This document shows, piece after piece, positions 15,619-32,175 of a DNA stretch of 64,000 nucleotides (within the stretch, counting starts at the first letter, position 1; the number at the start of each line of letters is the position of its first letter). Under the pieces are notes generated by a model that was given only the letters and a program-made list of their open reading frames with translations, searched no databases and had not been told where the DNA came from. Location: contig OZ024749.1 of NCBI GenBank assembly GCA_964016885.1, forward strand, positions 25,854,001 through 25,918,000. The letters are read 5' to 3'. A program made the position numbers and the translations under genes. Origin of the DNA: Eledone cirrhosa. Taxonomy: Eukaryota.

Positions 15619-16311
15619 GACATATACACATATACATACATATATATTAAATAAATACATATGCATATACATATACATATACATATATAGGTATACATTT
15701 AATGTTCTTGTGATAAAAAAGAAATATATGACAAAGGCAAAATGTAATATATATCTTGTTTATAGTCTTTCTTTGCCTGCTTTTAGCCAAAATAACATTT
15801 CAAGTTTTCTTTCGCTTCTTTTACTGTCTTTCACTTTTAAATTCACCATAATCTCGTTCTGCAAATATATTTTCTCTGCAATTGCAGCTCTTTTATTAGA
15901 GTAGAAAATGATTGTAATTTTAACCACAATAAATTCCAATTATTTTGATTTTGCTCACATTCCACCATTTTATTTGTATCAGTTTATTTTGTATTGTTTT
16001 TTTTGTGTTGGGGAGGGGGGGGGGGGGGTATTTTCTATTTTGTTTTTTTATGCGGGATTATATTAGTGTGTGTTTGTAATGAATATATATTTGTTATTTT
16101 GAATTCTTTTCCTATTTTCATTCCCTTAATATTGTTTTTAATTTTCTCATATATTGACTGTATAGAAAAAAAATAACCTTGGGGTTAACCTTTCTTATGA
16201 CACTGTGCATTTAAAATGCATTATATTTTCCTGACAATTCATTGTAGGTTCTCATATATATCGCGTATATGTTGATATATATGTGTGTGTGAGTGGCTGT
16301 GTGGGGGGGGG

Positions 16312-16366
<55 letters not shown>

Positions 16367-16383
16367 TATATATATATATAAAT

Positions 16384-16414
<31 letters not shown>

Positions 16415-16458
16415 AATATATATATATATGCATATGTATATATATATATATATATATA

Positions 16459-16510
<52 letters not shown>

Positions 16511-16527
16511 AATATATATATATATGC

Positions 16528-16564
<37 letters not shown>

Positions 16565-16594
16565 TATATATATATATATAAATATATATATATA

Positions 16595-16630
<36 letters not shown>

Positions 16631-16817
16631 TATATATATATATATAAGTATATATATTCATGTATGTCTATGTATGAATACTTATACATATCCATATACA
16701 AGAATGTGTATGCATGTATAAATCTGTGCGTTTTTGTGAGCCTAATTTTCTCTTAATTCTATCTATCTCTCTATTTTACTCTATATATGGAGATACGCAT
16801 ATATGAATATATATGCA

Positions 16818-16893
<76 letters not shown>

Positions 16894-17129
16894 CGTGGGT
16901 GTATACATATATATATATATATACATGGGGAGGGATATCACAATCAACGTTTAGGAGATGATGCTGTTAAACATTGGTTCATCTGATTATTAAAAGCTTT
17001 ATATTGCATAATACATACTCCCGGGCATCTGCGCAACCTGAGATGTATATTCATACACAAGAACACAAAAACAAAAACATCCATCTATCCACCTACCCAT
17101 ACATATATACTACGTTGATGGATATATTC

Positions 17130-17354
<225 letters not shown>

Positions 17355-17362
17355 TATATATA

Positions 17363-18225
<863 letters not shown>

Positions 18226-19591
18226 TACCTGGAGTTGCGACCGATAGATAGTATTAGCAATTGGAAAGACCAACGGAAACATTGTTCCCTCGGTCCGATT
18301 TGACGAAAGTCGATCGTTAAAAAAAATATATATATATACTTAGAATCCATCCCAGCTCGCTTTGCTGGTTTGACTGGTTTGAATATGCCTGACAAGCGTA
18401 GAGATATTTGCCAGAGTAGAGTAAGATATATGGACACAGTTTCTTGAGTGTGAATTGCTGAGACAACATCCTCTCCAACGCTGCATTCGAAAGGATTTGT
18501 ATTAGCGACACGTGTTTTGTGTGTTTGTTTGTGAAACATTTTTCGTGTTTTTATTTGCAACAAGGACAACAACACCAAGAGTAAAACTTATGATCAACAA
18601 CAGCAGCAAAAACAACAATGCCAACAACAACAGCAGTAAAATCAATGGCCACAACACCGAGAACCAGCATCTACAACTACAGCAACAGCAACAACAATAC
18701 CAACAATAACAGAAACCCTAATGGCCATAACACCGAAAACTGACAACTAGAGCAACAAATCTAACTAGAATACGAGCAGTAAAACCCACTACAGCTAAAA
18801 CAAATGTCAGAACACTTGAGACAATTATAAGTTTTCTTTATCACCTGAATCAATTGACGATCACCCCCCCCCCCCCCCCAACCCCAACCCCCCAACCCCC
18901 ACACTACATAACTGAACCGGAAGAAAGTGCTCGTATGTGTTGTAAATACACGAGGCCATAAAAATGCTCCGTTGTACTTCTATGGACCTCAGGTGTCAGT
19001 AACAGCGTCTTCTCTTCCGATTCTTTAGTTGGGAAAGCCAGAATTTATTTTCTATATGTTAAAAGAATTTATTTACAGATATATTTATGCAGATTTTTTA
19101 TTTGTTTTTTAGTTTTTTTTTTTGTTTCAAAATGGTGTCTATAATTCAAGATGGTTCCAACATTTTCTTTTCACTCGTATTATTTTTTTTATTTTCGCTG
19201 TTCAGAAGGATATTAACACTTGTTGCTTTGTTTTAACATATTTTTACGAAAATAAAATCTTACTGTGTCCTTCAAAATTGTATATGCACATTATAAGAAT
19301 ATGCTTCTAAAATGGTTTTCTAACCAAGAGCAACGGTCAATATTGTGTGTGCTAGCAGGAAGTAAAAGGTTTTGTTTTTAAAAATTCAATTTCATGTAAA
19401 TTTCGCAATAAAAAATCTCAAGAATTTGAGTGAAGAGCTTTTGAAAGTTGTATAAAATGTTGAAGTGGATTTAAATAGAAATTGAGACCTCGGAAAATGA
19501 ATATCTACTTCAGGGAAAATATTGAAAATATCCAATACACAAACAAAAACACATGTGTGAATACATAAATACATACATACACACACACACA

Positions 19592-19699
<108 letters not shown>

Positions 19700-19733
19700 T
19701 AGTTATATATATAAATATATGTATATACATGTT

Positions 19734-19797
<64 letters not shown>

Positions 19798-20260
19798 AAT
19801 ATTTACATATATATATACATATATTTCTAAGCGTATGTGTGTTATTCAAATATCTCTGCACAATCACATACATTCATAAATGTGTATAAACACACATATT
19901 TGTATGAATGAATGAATGTGTGTATGTATGTATGTACGTATGTATGTACGTATGTGTATATGTATTATGTATGTTTGTGTGTATGTCTGTATGTATATAT
20001 ATGTACGTATGTATGTAAGTATGTTTAGATGGATCGATCGATGGATGTATGTACGCATGTATGCACGGATGTATCTCTAGTCACTCCTAATCGAGTATGA
20101 TGTGGTGTTAGCTGTATAGGTGGCTGATTTCTCATGTGCGGCGCACCATCTAATATTGCTTAGACAAATGTCTAACATTTTTGTTATATATCTATGTACA
20201 TCAGGGCAGAAGAATTTTGTGTATTTCTTTTTGTTTCGATTCGAAAGACACTGTCCATTC

Positions 20261-20608
20261 TTTGGCAGTATCGGTAGAGCGACAGACGCCATGCTTTGCA
20301 AAGCTCAAATCTCCCGAGGTTAACTTTGCCTTTCATCCTAACGGGGTCGATAAAATAAAGTACCAGTGATGCACTGGGGTAATCGCTGACCTTGTGCCAA
20401 AAGTCGAAACTCTATAGGGTGGTAGATTGGCAATATCGGTAGAGGGTCGGACACCATGCTTTTCAGCATAGTTACGCCCCTTTACGGTCTGAGTTCAAAT
20501 CCCACCAAGGTTAACTTTGCCTTTCATCCTTACGGGGTCGATAAAATAAAGTACCAGTAATGTAGTAGGATAATTGCTGTCCTTGTGCTAAAAATAAAAA
20601 CAATTATT
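20261..20608 (+). mobile_element. Two tandem SINE copies
   Basis: Two heads tggca.tatcggtagag, each followed by the core and an aaacaattatt-like tail. Confidence 0.85.
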
Positions 20609-20771
20609 GTATTATCTCAGATGCAACTTAGCACAGAATAGGTCTTCAATCTGAGGCTTAGACTCCGGTTACACGTGGCATAACACATTTATGCACAATG
20701 TTGCAGATATGAAAGTGGCTGAAGATATACAGTTGTTGGATAGTTTCAGGAAATTGCTTTGTTATGTTTTG

Positions 20772-20810
<39 letters not shown>

Positions 20811-20954
20811 ATACTTTGGGAGGGTCATGTTGCCAATAAGAAACACACGCACCAGTTGCTTTCACTTCACTTTATTATAATAAATTTATAATAAATTTAT
20901 AAATTTATAAATTTCTGGTTGGTTGGTTCCACAACCAGATAGTTGTTTATATAT

Positions 20955-20999
20955 AGTCATAGTTCTTTCGTCACACACTCTGTGACCTCTTCAGTGACT
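20955..20999 (-). ncRNA. Minimal type I hammerhead (mirror copy at 22025-22069 on +)
   Basis: agtca-CTGAAGA-g-gtcaca(gagtg)tgtgac-GAAA-gaac-TA-tgact. Confidence 0.7.
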
Positions 21000-21199
21000 G
21001 GGGATTCCTTTCTTTGTTTCTGTGCCTCTCCTTTGTTCTGTCCTACGCCATTTTCTTTCTGTGTGTGTGTTGTGTGCTCAGTCTGCGCATGCGCCACATC
21101 CGGGTGTCTGTGTGTGTTTATGTTCATTTATTTATTTGTTTATTTACATGTTACTGGTTGGTTGTTTGTTCTATGTGTGTGTGTGTTTTCATTTTGTCC

Positions 21200-22021
21200 T
21201 TAATTGAAAGTTGTGATGTTGCTGTTCCACTTATATTTTCTATTTAATTTTGGTTGTAATTCTTTTATGTTTATTGCCTCTGTGATTTGTCTAAACATTG
21301 CGTCTTTTCTGTGTGTAGATTCTATTTTATTTCTATGTTCTCTGATTTACCCTTGTGTTCTATTTTAGCATGTTGGTAGAGTACAGATGATTCTTTATTA
21401 TCTTGAAGGTCTCGCCAGTGTTCATTTATCCGTTCCCCTACACTACGAGCTGTCTCACCTATGTACACTATATTTTTGTCTCTACATTGTCCTTCAGTAC
21501 ATCTTATGTTATACACTATATTTCTAGTTTTAGAGTTAATATGGGGGCTTATTTTACAGGTTATACATTTCTTATCTATACATGAGGGTCTTTGAAAAGG
21601 GTATGTCTTGCTAATAAGTGTTTTTACGGAGGTACCTGGGCTTTCTACTATCTTAATATTGAGTTTATGTTTATTTAGGGCCCTTCTAAATTTCTAAGCT
21701 AATTCACCTCTAGGGGTTGTATCGATGAACATTACACTCTGGTATTTATTGCTATCATACCATGAGTTTATTCTATTAGCCTTGTTCCTAGTTCTTTCTA
21801 TTCTATTCCAAAATTTGCTCCTATACAAGGGGCAGGTCCCATTTATGTCATTATTTACCATTTTTTCCCATTTGGTTCTGGCTCCTCTATACACTCTGAT
21901 TTTATCTCTCTGATTGTAGCCAGATAATTGCATACGGTGGATGAAGTGTTGTATGTGTTTCTCTAGTTCTTCGGGGTTGCACATGCGGGACACATTTCTC
22001 ATCACCCGTACCAAATCCGCA
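21200..22021 (-). pseudogene. PLE RT thumb, Cys linker and GIY-YIG endonuclease remnant
   Basis: RMQLSGY...MFIDTTPRGELA; CIDKKCITC; IVYNIRC...YIGETARSVGERINEH; RQITEAINIKELQPKLN; interrupted by stops. Confidence 0.9.
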
Positions 22022-22281
22022 ATCAGACACTGAAGAGGACACAGAGTGTGTGACGAAAGAACTATGACTATATATAAACAACTATCTGGTTGTGGAACCA
22101 ACCAACCAACCAGAAATTTATAAATTTATAAATTTATTATAAATTAATTATAATAAAGTGAAGTGAAAGCAATAGGTGCGTGTGTTTCTCATTGGCAACA
22201 TGACCCTCCCAAAGTATAACAATATCGGTTTCAACACACGATTTCAGATAAAGAATCTTGCTAAACAAATTCAGAAACGAA

Positions 22282-22322
<41 letters not shown>

Positions 22323-22333
22323 CATATACATGC

Positions 22334-22366
<33 letters not shown>

Positions 22367-22377
22367 CATATACATGC

Positions 22378-22477
<100 letters not shown>

Positions 22478-22490
22478 ATATATATATATA

Positions 22491-22688
22491 GGAACAAGTA
22501 AGACCCCGACGGCTGAGCTCAAGCCGTTTCGACGGCTAATTCTGGAATCAGAGTCCAGAATTAGCCGTCGAAACGCCTTGAGCTCAGCCGTCGGGGTCTT
22601 ACTAGTTCCTATTACCCACTCTACTACCGTAAGTATTGAGTACTTTGGTGCGTTATGGTCCACCTGGTTCCTTACCACATTTCCTTCG

Positions 22689-22691
<3 letters not shown>
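22491..22691 (+). mobile_element. Fold-back family A terminus
   Basis: Arms 22491-22546 and 22554-22610, then the common tail. Confidence 0.85.
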
Positions 22692-22748
<57 letters not shown>

Positions 22749-22750
<2 letters not shown>

Positions 22751-22952
22751 GGTTGCAACAATATTTACTTCTGCGTTCACTGACTTTTTTAGTTTCAGAA
22801 GATCCTGTTAAGGGTGAAAGCGGCGATTCTTTGCTTAAACTTTAATCTTTTATTTTAATAAATATTTGCTCTACGGTTCTTATATATCTGATATATATTT
22901 ATCCTTATCGAGCCCTCTTTGGATTTTAGTCTTAAAATTTATTATTATTACT
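22749..22952 (+). mobile_element. Family B terminus, not inverted
   Basis: Matches 57540-57738. Confidence 0.75.
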
Positions 22953-22967
22953 ATATATATATATATG

Positions 22968-23056
<89 letters not shown>

Positions 23057-23203
23057 TATTTTCCGTTGTGTTGTAATATAAATATTACACACAGTAGATT
23101 ATCAGCTCACGTAGAGTTTGCTCGACGGTTCCAGTTGTAGTTCCAAAAGTAATCCGGAGAAAAATAGAAAGATTTGAATGGATACAGTTTAGTTGAAAGG
23201 AAT

Positions 23204-23323
23204 TTATTGACACGTGTTTCTATAACAGTTACATAACCTAAAACAGCTGCTATCTACAAACTTTTAGTTATGCAGACATTCAATATTTCAATGTTATTAT
23301 TTACTGTCATTTCATCAGAATAA
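23204..23323 (-). ncRNA. Type I hammerhead ribozyme with long stem II
   Basis: ttatt-CTGATGA-a-atgacagt...actgttat-a-GAAA-cacgtg-TC-aataa. Confidence 0.8.
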
Positions 23324-23879
23324 TATTACTGAGGACCTATTTAGTTTTTATAGAGAATATTAGGAGGGAGGGGTGAAGTTGTTAGAAGAATAGTTGAAGG
23401 AGTGGTTTTTCGATAGCAGTGAGAATTCTTGGTGGCAGTGAGTAATTAGATTCCCATCTGTTGTTTTGACATTTTTTATAGAATATATTATTGGTTATTT
23501 TTCTAAATCTATAGAAGGATTAGAGATAGTAAAGATATGCGTGGTTGGTTTTGTGTTTGCACTTAATTAACATTCAGACTTAAATTTTTCTTTCAAGTGT
23601 ACGTATCCTTTCACCCACGCATTCACACACAAATATATTTGCACACCTCTACAAAATATATATACTCACAATTCACATATTCATACTTACATATATATAC
23701 ACATGCATACACATATATATACACACATGTATTCATGTACATACATACGCGCTCGTGTGTATACATTTTCATACTCAACTTATCTTTATATACACACGTA
23801 TAGACACACACATATATACATACATACTCTAGTCCATGTGTACACACATACACATACATACACATCTATATACACATAT

Positions 23880-23935
<56 letters not shown>

Positions 23936-24204
23936 AGCACTTTAATACATGAATACACTTACATATAACTATACACATCAAACATATATATATATTTACT
24001 TATTTATATACATTTTCACATATATATACATACTTATGGACGTTTTTAGACACATTCATTATCGCATATTTGCACCTATTCTCATCAGCATATATTTCCA
24101 TTATTAGTGTGGTAATTTAAGGTTATTAATATATGTTGAGAAGAGATTGTTTTTATATTTTTCTAACTAGATTAAGGTTTATATAGTTGGGGGATGTCCC
24201 TCTT

Positions 24205-25452
24205 TTATGTAATATTCGGCTTGTAGTGGGAAAAAAGGGTTTTATTTCTGTGACGGCAGAATAATGTTCGTTCAATTCTGTTATTCAGCAGTTTCTTCTT
24301 GTGTGTGATTATGTAATAAATCTCAAGATTACACAATTTGCAGAAATTTTGGCTCCTGGAAAAGCTTTGGGTTTTAGCTAATTTCTCCCATTTTAGGGTA
24401 AACTTATGATCGCTATCCCTGAGCGTCCAAGCTTTTTCTGCTAAAGTTGTTACATTTCTTTGGCTCTGGTGTTTTATTGAGTAAGAATGCCTATACAATC
24501 GAGATTTAAACGATGTTGCCGTTGATCCCACGTAATACCACTCGTTGCCTCCGGATTTAATGGTACACTTATAAATAATATTTTTTTCCAGGCAGTTATT
24601 GCCGAGGGGGCAGTTGTCAGGATAGGTGCAGTTACAGTTGTGTACGTTGGGTTTTCTCTGGAGTAGTATTGCGGACGAACTTAGGTGTGGTTTATTTATG
24701 TTCTGTAGTGTATTGTCTACTGTTTTTTTTGTGTTCTTTGTACTTAAGTTCTTAGTGTTTTCGTTTAACCTTCTAGTATTGATCTTTTTTATGTGTTGTT
24801 CAAGGTTTAACGCTGTAGAGTATGACAGTCTTATAGTGGTAGGGTTTAGGATTTTGTGGTATTTGTGTGATGTAGGAAAATGTCTTTTAATTATTTTAAA
24901 GAAGAGTACTGGTAAATTTGTACTAATGGAACTATTATATTCGGGGTTATACCATAAGTACTCTTTGCATCGCTTTCTATTAGTTTTGTTTGTTGGTTTA
25001 CTGGTGTGCATACTATGGTAGTAAGTGTGGTTTGGTGTTGTGTTATTATATCTACCTATGTGGGATTTATTTTGGGTGTTTTGATTGTTCCCATCTATGT
25101 ACTCTATTTTGTTGAGGTAGCCTGCTTTACTAAGGGCGTTATCGTAGTACTGGGCGTGTTCCTTAAATACTTGTATGTTAGAAGATAGACCCGAGATTCT
25201 AAGGGAAATATTTTTAGGGATAGACTTAATTATAGAGATGGGGTGGTTAGACCCAACATTTACGTATTTGAGATTTTCATTCAATTTATGAAACGGTTTA
25301 ATCAAACCAGAGTTTAAATTGAGTGTGACATCCAGGAAGTTAACTACTTTAAGGTTGTATTCATCCAGGAAGTTAACTACTTTAAGGTTGTATTCATATG
25401 TTATAGTTAGTCCTATTTCGAGTAGTAGTTTTCTTATATCTTTGCGTAGTTT
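24205..25452 (-). pseudogene. PLE RT C-terminus plus GIY-YIG endonuclease (open frame, 5'-truncated)
   Basis: VNFLDVTL, YVNVGSNHP, WYNPEY, CxCx5Cx5C linker (CNCTYPDNCPLGNNC), IIYKC...YVGST, CKLCNLE...LLNNRIE...CRH. Confidence 0.92.
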
Positions 25453-25473
25453 ATATATATATATATAGCGTAG

Positions 25474-25507
<34 letters not shown>

Positions 25508-25512
25508 CGTAG

Positions 25513-25551
<39 letters not shown>

Positions 25552-25608
25552 AAACAGATCAAATTTTAGGCAAAGCATTTTAGTCTTCACATTTACTATT
25601 ACCATATA

Positions 25609-25934
<326 letters not shown>

Positions 25935-26706
25935 TGTATATGTATATATAATAAGGAGTTAACGGACCCAGCATATTTAACTAAGCCAGGACCGGTTGTA
26001 TCTCAGCGTACTCAATAGGCAATGTAGAACACATTCCAGAGTATACACATTGTTATTCACTTCAATACAACACACGTAACCTGGTGCCTATATTAGTTCC
26101 CGAACTAGAGTTTCGGCGACAATTCATGCTGCAGGAGGGTGCGGTGCACCCTCTGTCTGCACATATTATGCAACAATGCATAATCGGCGCATGTGGATTT
26201 GTCAGCAAGTATCGCCTAATCAATAACCAATCGACGACAGAATTCAACACCAGCCCATGCTGACTATGATGGTATATGACGCCGACACAGTAAAGACATT
26301 AGCAACTGGACTCTAATACCACTCCGTCCCCCGATTGGCCACCGATTTACAAATTTACGTGGTTGCAGGAGATTATAAAACAAATATTATCGTTCCCGCC
26401 AAAAATGCCTCAAAGCAGAGAGACCAGCGGCCAGTGGTTTACAGAGCAACAAACCACAGGGTGCGTGACATGCGGGTGATAAAAACATAAGATTGAAAGA
26501 GAAGGAGGACAAAGAGAAGTAGGTTGACGCACAGAAGTGACTGGAACAAGGAAATAAAGACAGGTGATGTACAAGACAAGTTAACAGATACATCAAAACT
26601 CTCATCAGCAAAATGGTTTCGCACCAAAATACCTATCAGAACAGGATCGTGCATAAATATTATGCAATAAAGTAATTATGGGGAAATAATCCCATATTAA
26701 CTACTC

Positions 26707-26830
<124 letters not shown>

Positions 26831-26871
26831 GTGTGTATGTATATATGTATATATATATATATATATATTTA

Positions 26872-27080
26872 AAAAAATAGAGGTGTAACACACGAGTTGT
26901 GATATATTAGTAAAAGGAAAAGAAAATGCTGACGAATTTTTACCAGTGAAAAATAGTTTAATTAGGAATAAGTATAAATTAGTAATAAGTATTGGTTAGT
27001 ATTCAGTTTTAGTTTTAAGTTTTTACCGGTTGCGCATTTCTAATGCTTTTCAAATATAATTTTGAGATAGAGGACCCGTA
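26872..27080 (-). mobile_element. Family G terminus
   Basis: Homologous to 48831-49050. Confidence 0.75.
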
Positions 27081-27448
27081 CTTAGTACCCGTGATATGCC
27101 CACAGGTACTAAGTACCCCTGGAAATATTATAGTTCTGGTATGTCAAATTAATACCATAGAACAACCAGTGTATCATAGACAACCTATATATTTCCAGTG
27201 GTACTTAGTACCTGTGGGCATATTAACTTCTTCTAATATATTCTCCGTTATGTAGAGAACAAATCTGTTGTTCTATTTAGCTGCTATTTTTAGTGGTGAG
27301 GTAGACAACACGTCTATGTTTACTTCCGATTCTACTACGGACTGGTTCATGTACAGGTCAAATTTTCGGCCCCATTCGATCCTGTGCTAGCTGGCAGATG
27401 GCAATATATTTTGCCGTTCCTGGAACTCTTAGTCTTAGGAAAGGAAAA

Positions 27449-27532
27449 TGCTTTCTGATGAACTAAACCTGTCCATTGGAAGTCCCCATGGACTTCCAAT
27501 CTTTTGTGAAGTGAAACCGATCGGTAAAAGCA
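27449..27532 (+). ncRNA. Type I hammerhead ribozyme (the cleanest in the window)
   Basis: tgcttt-CTGATGA-act...attggaagtcc(ccat)ggacttccaat...agt-GAAA-ccgatcgg-TA-aaagca. Confidence 0.9.
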
Positions 27533-27612
27533 ATTGGAGTAGGTAAATATTTAAATTATATTTTTTAATTTATTTAAAAAAATTGTTTGAATTTTGCTTG
27601 TTCTGCTTATCT

Positions 27613-27684
<72 letters not shown>

Positions 27685-27890
27685 ATATATATTATGCATG
27701 CATTTATTTGTACATCTGTAGAAATATATATCCACAAATGTCCATTTTTGTCAGTGTGCATACATGGGTATTTTTGCGTCTATGTGTGTGCATATATTAT
27801 CTATCAATATATTTATCACCACAAGCAATTTCCTCTACCACTTCACACACTCAATAACTTTCACCTTCCCTTCTCCATCTATTCCTCTAC

Positions 27891-27960
<70 letters not shown>

Positions 27961-28093
27961 CAGAACAACCATTCCTTTTATGTATAATAATTTTATTTTC
28001 TAGTGAGAAATATTTTGTCATTCATCTATCGGAGTTGCACATTCACACTACCATAAGGTATAGATAGTTGTGTTTGTTCATATATACACACAC

Positions 28094-28124
<31 letters not shown>

Positions 28125-28130
28125 CATACA

Positions 28131-28161
<31 letters not shown>

Positions 28162-28262
28162 GAACTCATATATATATATACGCATGCGTGCATGTATGCT
28201 TACACACATACATATATTCACACATACTATATACATACATACATGCATGCATACATAGATAG

Positions 28263-28316
<54 letters not shown>

Positions 28317-28389
28317 GCGTGTGTTTATGTGTTTAGCAAAAATGTGTGAATATATATATACATATATATAAACATATATATATATGTAT

Positions 28390-28539
<150 letters not shown>

Positions 28540-28639
28540 GAATATGTATGCATATACGAATATGCATATGTGTGTATATATGTATATATGCACATATAAA
28601 CGCATATATATTCAATGCTGTCACAGATTGTTCCCTAAC

Positions 28640-29930
28640 GCAGCAGCAGTAACAACAACAGCAACATATCAACAAAGCCACCATTAACAAAACAGACATC
28701 AAAACCATCCCCACCAACATCTCCCCCACCATCGCCACCACCAACAACATCAGCAACACCATCACCATCACCACCATCACCATCACCACCAACAACACCA
28801 TCATCGCCACAACCAAAATCGTCTGCCCTGCTACCACCACTATCACCACCAACCCAAACAATACCAACATATCACCCTCTTTCTCCACCACCACCATGCC
28901 CAGAATCACCACCAACAGCACCAACAACAACAACATCACCACCAATACACCGCCGCCTACAACAACATCCTCCACCATCGCCATTATCACCACTAAAAGC
29001 ACAACCATCTCTACCATCACCAACACCATCATCGCCACCAACAACAACACCGTTATCAACACCACAACCACCACCACCAATATCTCACCACAACCACCAC
29101 CCCCATCGCCTCTATCTCCGCCACCCCCACAACCATCACCACCATCAACAATTGCACCACCGCACCATCACCTACAACACCATCAACAACACAACCACTA
29201 ACATCTCCACCACTATCACCACCAATACCACTAACATCATCATCCCACCACCACCACCTCTACCGCCACCCCAACACCACCACCACCACCACCACCACCA
29301 CCACCAACACCACCACGACCGCCCTATCACCACCACCATCACTCTCAGCCACACCACCACTATCTCCACCGCCATCACCCTCTCCACCACTACCACCACC
29401 ACCGTTATCACCACAACCACAACCACCACTGCCACCATTACCACCACCACCACCATCATCACCACTATCATCATCACCACCATCACCCACAACTAGCACT
29501 ATCTCCACCACTACCACCAAAACCGACACCGACACCGCCACCACCACCAACACCAACATCATCATCACCCAACCCCAGCACCACCACCATAACCACCATC
29601 ACCACCATTGCGATACTATAAAATTACCATCACCCTTATCACCACCACCATCACGCCCACCATCACTATCACCACCACAATCAACCCCACCACCACTATC
29701 TCCACCAGTACCAGCATCACCATCATCCTCACCACCACCATCACCACAATCTCCACCACCACCACCAGCTCCATCAGCACCACCACTATCACCACCACCA
29801 CCACAACCACCTCCAGCTCCATCAGCACCACCACTATCTCCACCACCACCTCCGCCGTCACCACCACCACCACGTGACCGCACTTCCCCACCATCCCCAC
29901 CACCACCACCGCCACCACCACCATTGCGAT
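28640..29930. repeat. Degenerate (ACC/ATC)n low-complexity tract
   Basis: Visible; no consistent reading frame. Confidence 0.85.
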
Positions 29931-30079
29931 AATATAAATATTTCATTCTATTATATTGAATTATTCTCCCATTAAAACAGAAAGCCTATCATTTATTCAC
30001 ACATACCTTAGTTATACACATTCCACAAACGTATATATATATATATATATATAGGTATATATATACACACACATGTAGC

Positions 30080-30281
<202 letters not shown>

Positions 30282-30317
30282 AAATATATGTATATATATA
30301 TATATATTTATATACAT

Positions 30318-30348
<31 letters not shown>

Positions 30349-30423
30349 TTATACATATATATATGTGTGTATGTGTTTATGTATGCGTATAGATATATGT
30401 ATATACATACTTATTTTTATATT

Positions 30424-30478
<55 letters not shown>

Positions 30479-30751
30479 TATGTATATATGTATATATATA
30501 TATTTATTTATTTATGTATATACGTTTATGTACATACATACGTATGCATATATATATATATGTATATATACATACATACGTAAGTATACATGTATTTACC
30601 TCCTTCATTCATCTTCATTATCTACATATATTCGTATGGCGCCATTTTCTTTCTCCAACCCACTCCCGCCCCACCCCTGATCCTCACGTAACACCTCCAT
30701 TACCATACCTCTGCTTCATACATTTCTCACCATTTTTCACTCAGATATGCC

Positions 30752-31195
<444 letters not shown>

Positions 31196-31325
31196 CTTAC
31201 ATACACGGTCATATATATGTACATTCTTCTTTTTATACCTACATATAAAAATATTAATATATACACACAGATATATAAATATATATATATATACACGCAC
31301 ACACAACCGCGCGCACACATACATA

Positions 31326-31396
<71 letters not shown>

Positions 31397-31426
31397 GTAT
31401 ACATATACGTTATGTATATATATAAG

Positions 31427-31503
<77 letters not shown>

Positions 31504-31738
31504 TTATATGTATATCTTCTTTTGGTGTCGCAGGGAGCTTTAGGCGTTGGCAATTTCTGTTTATATTTAGTCTAGTACGTTTTTGGTCCTTACTATGTAA
31601 TGTTGTTTTATGTCGGGTTCTCTCATCTGATATATCTTAGTTATATTTCACTTACAATTGTTGTTGCTTTTTCGTTTTGTTGTTAACGATGCTTTTATTG
31701 TTGTTGTTGTGTCCATGTGATGCTGTTGTTGTTATTGT

Positions 31739-31781
<43 letters not shown>

Positions 31782-31865
31782 GCTGGTGGCGATTGTGATG
31801 TTAGAATTGATTGTGGTTGTAGTTGTGGTTGTTTTGGAGAAGGTGATAGTGCTGGTATTGTTAAT

Positions 31866-32175
31866 AATGATTTCTATTTTAGGCACAAGGCCAGCAATAA
31901 CCCAGTACATTACTGGTACTTTATTTTATCGACCCCGTAAGGATGAAAGGCAAAGTTGACGTCGACTGGATTTGAACTCAGATTGTAAAGTGCCGTAACT
32001 CTATGCTGCAAAGCATGTTGTCCGACTCTCTGACCGATACTGCCAATCGACCGCCCTTGGTACTGATAATAATTGTTTCTACTTTTGGCACAATGCCAGT
32101 AATTATCCCAGTGTATTACTGGTACTTTATTATATCGACCCCGTAAGGATAAAAGGCAAAGTTAATCTCACCAAT
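31866..32175 (-). mobile_element. SINE, full copy plus a partial second copy
   Basis: Reverse-complement core and head (ccgatactgccaatc.accgccc). Confidence 0.85.

Larger units (their letters stand above)
20806..22282 (-). mobile_element. Neptune-like Penelope element, 5'-truncated, with inverted pLTR (family E)
   Basis: Inverted repeats at 20806-20999 and 22025-22222 enclose the RT thumb and GIY-YIG remnants; (TA)n flanks. Confidence 0.9.
23053..25452 (-). mobile_element. 5'-truncated Naiad-like Penelope element (family F)
   Basis: Open RT-GIY-YIG frame, long 3' UTR, terminal HHR, (TA)n at both ends. Confidence 0.85.

Noticed and set aside
24035-24095. Second HHR in the family F UTR (tatg-CTGATGA...aaaacgTC-cata)
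   Set aside because: GAAA is absent, so it is too degenerate to call.
28640-29930. Thr/Pro/His-rich plus-strand ORFs as a second mucin
   Set aside because: Frames switch frequently, as in the other trinucleotide-derived tracts.
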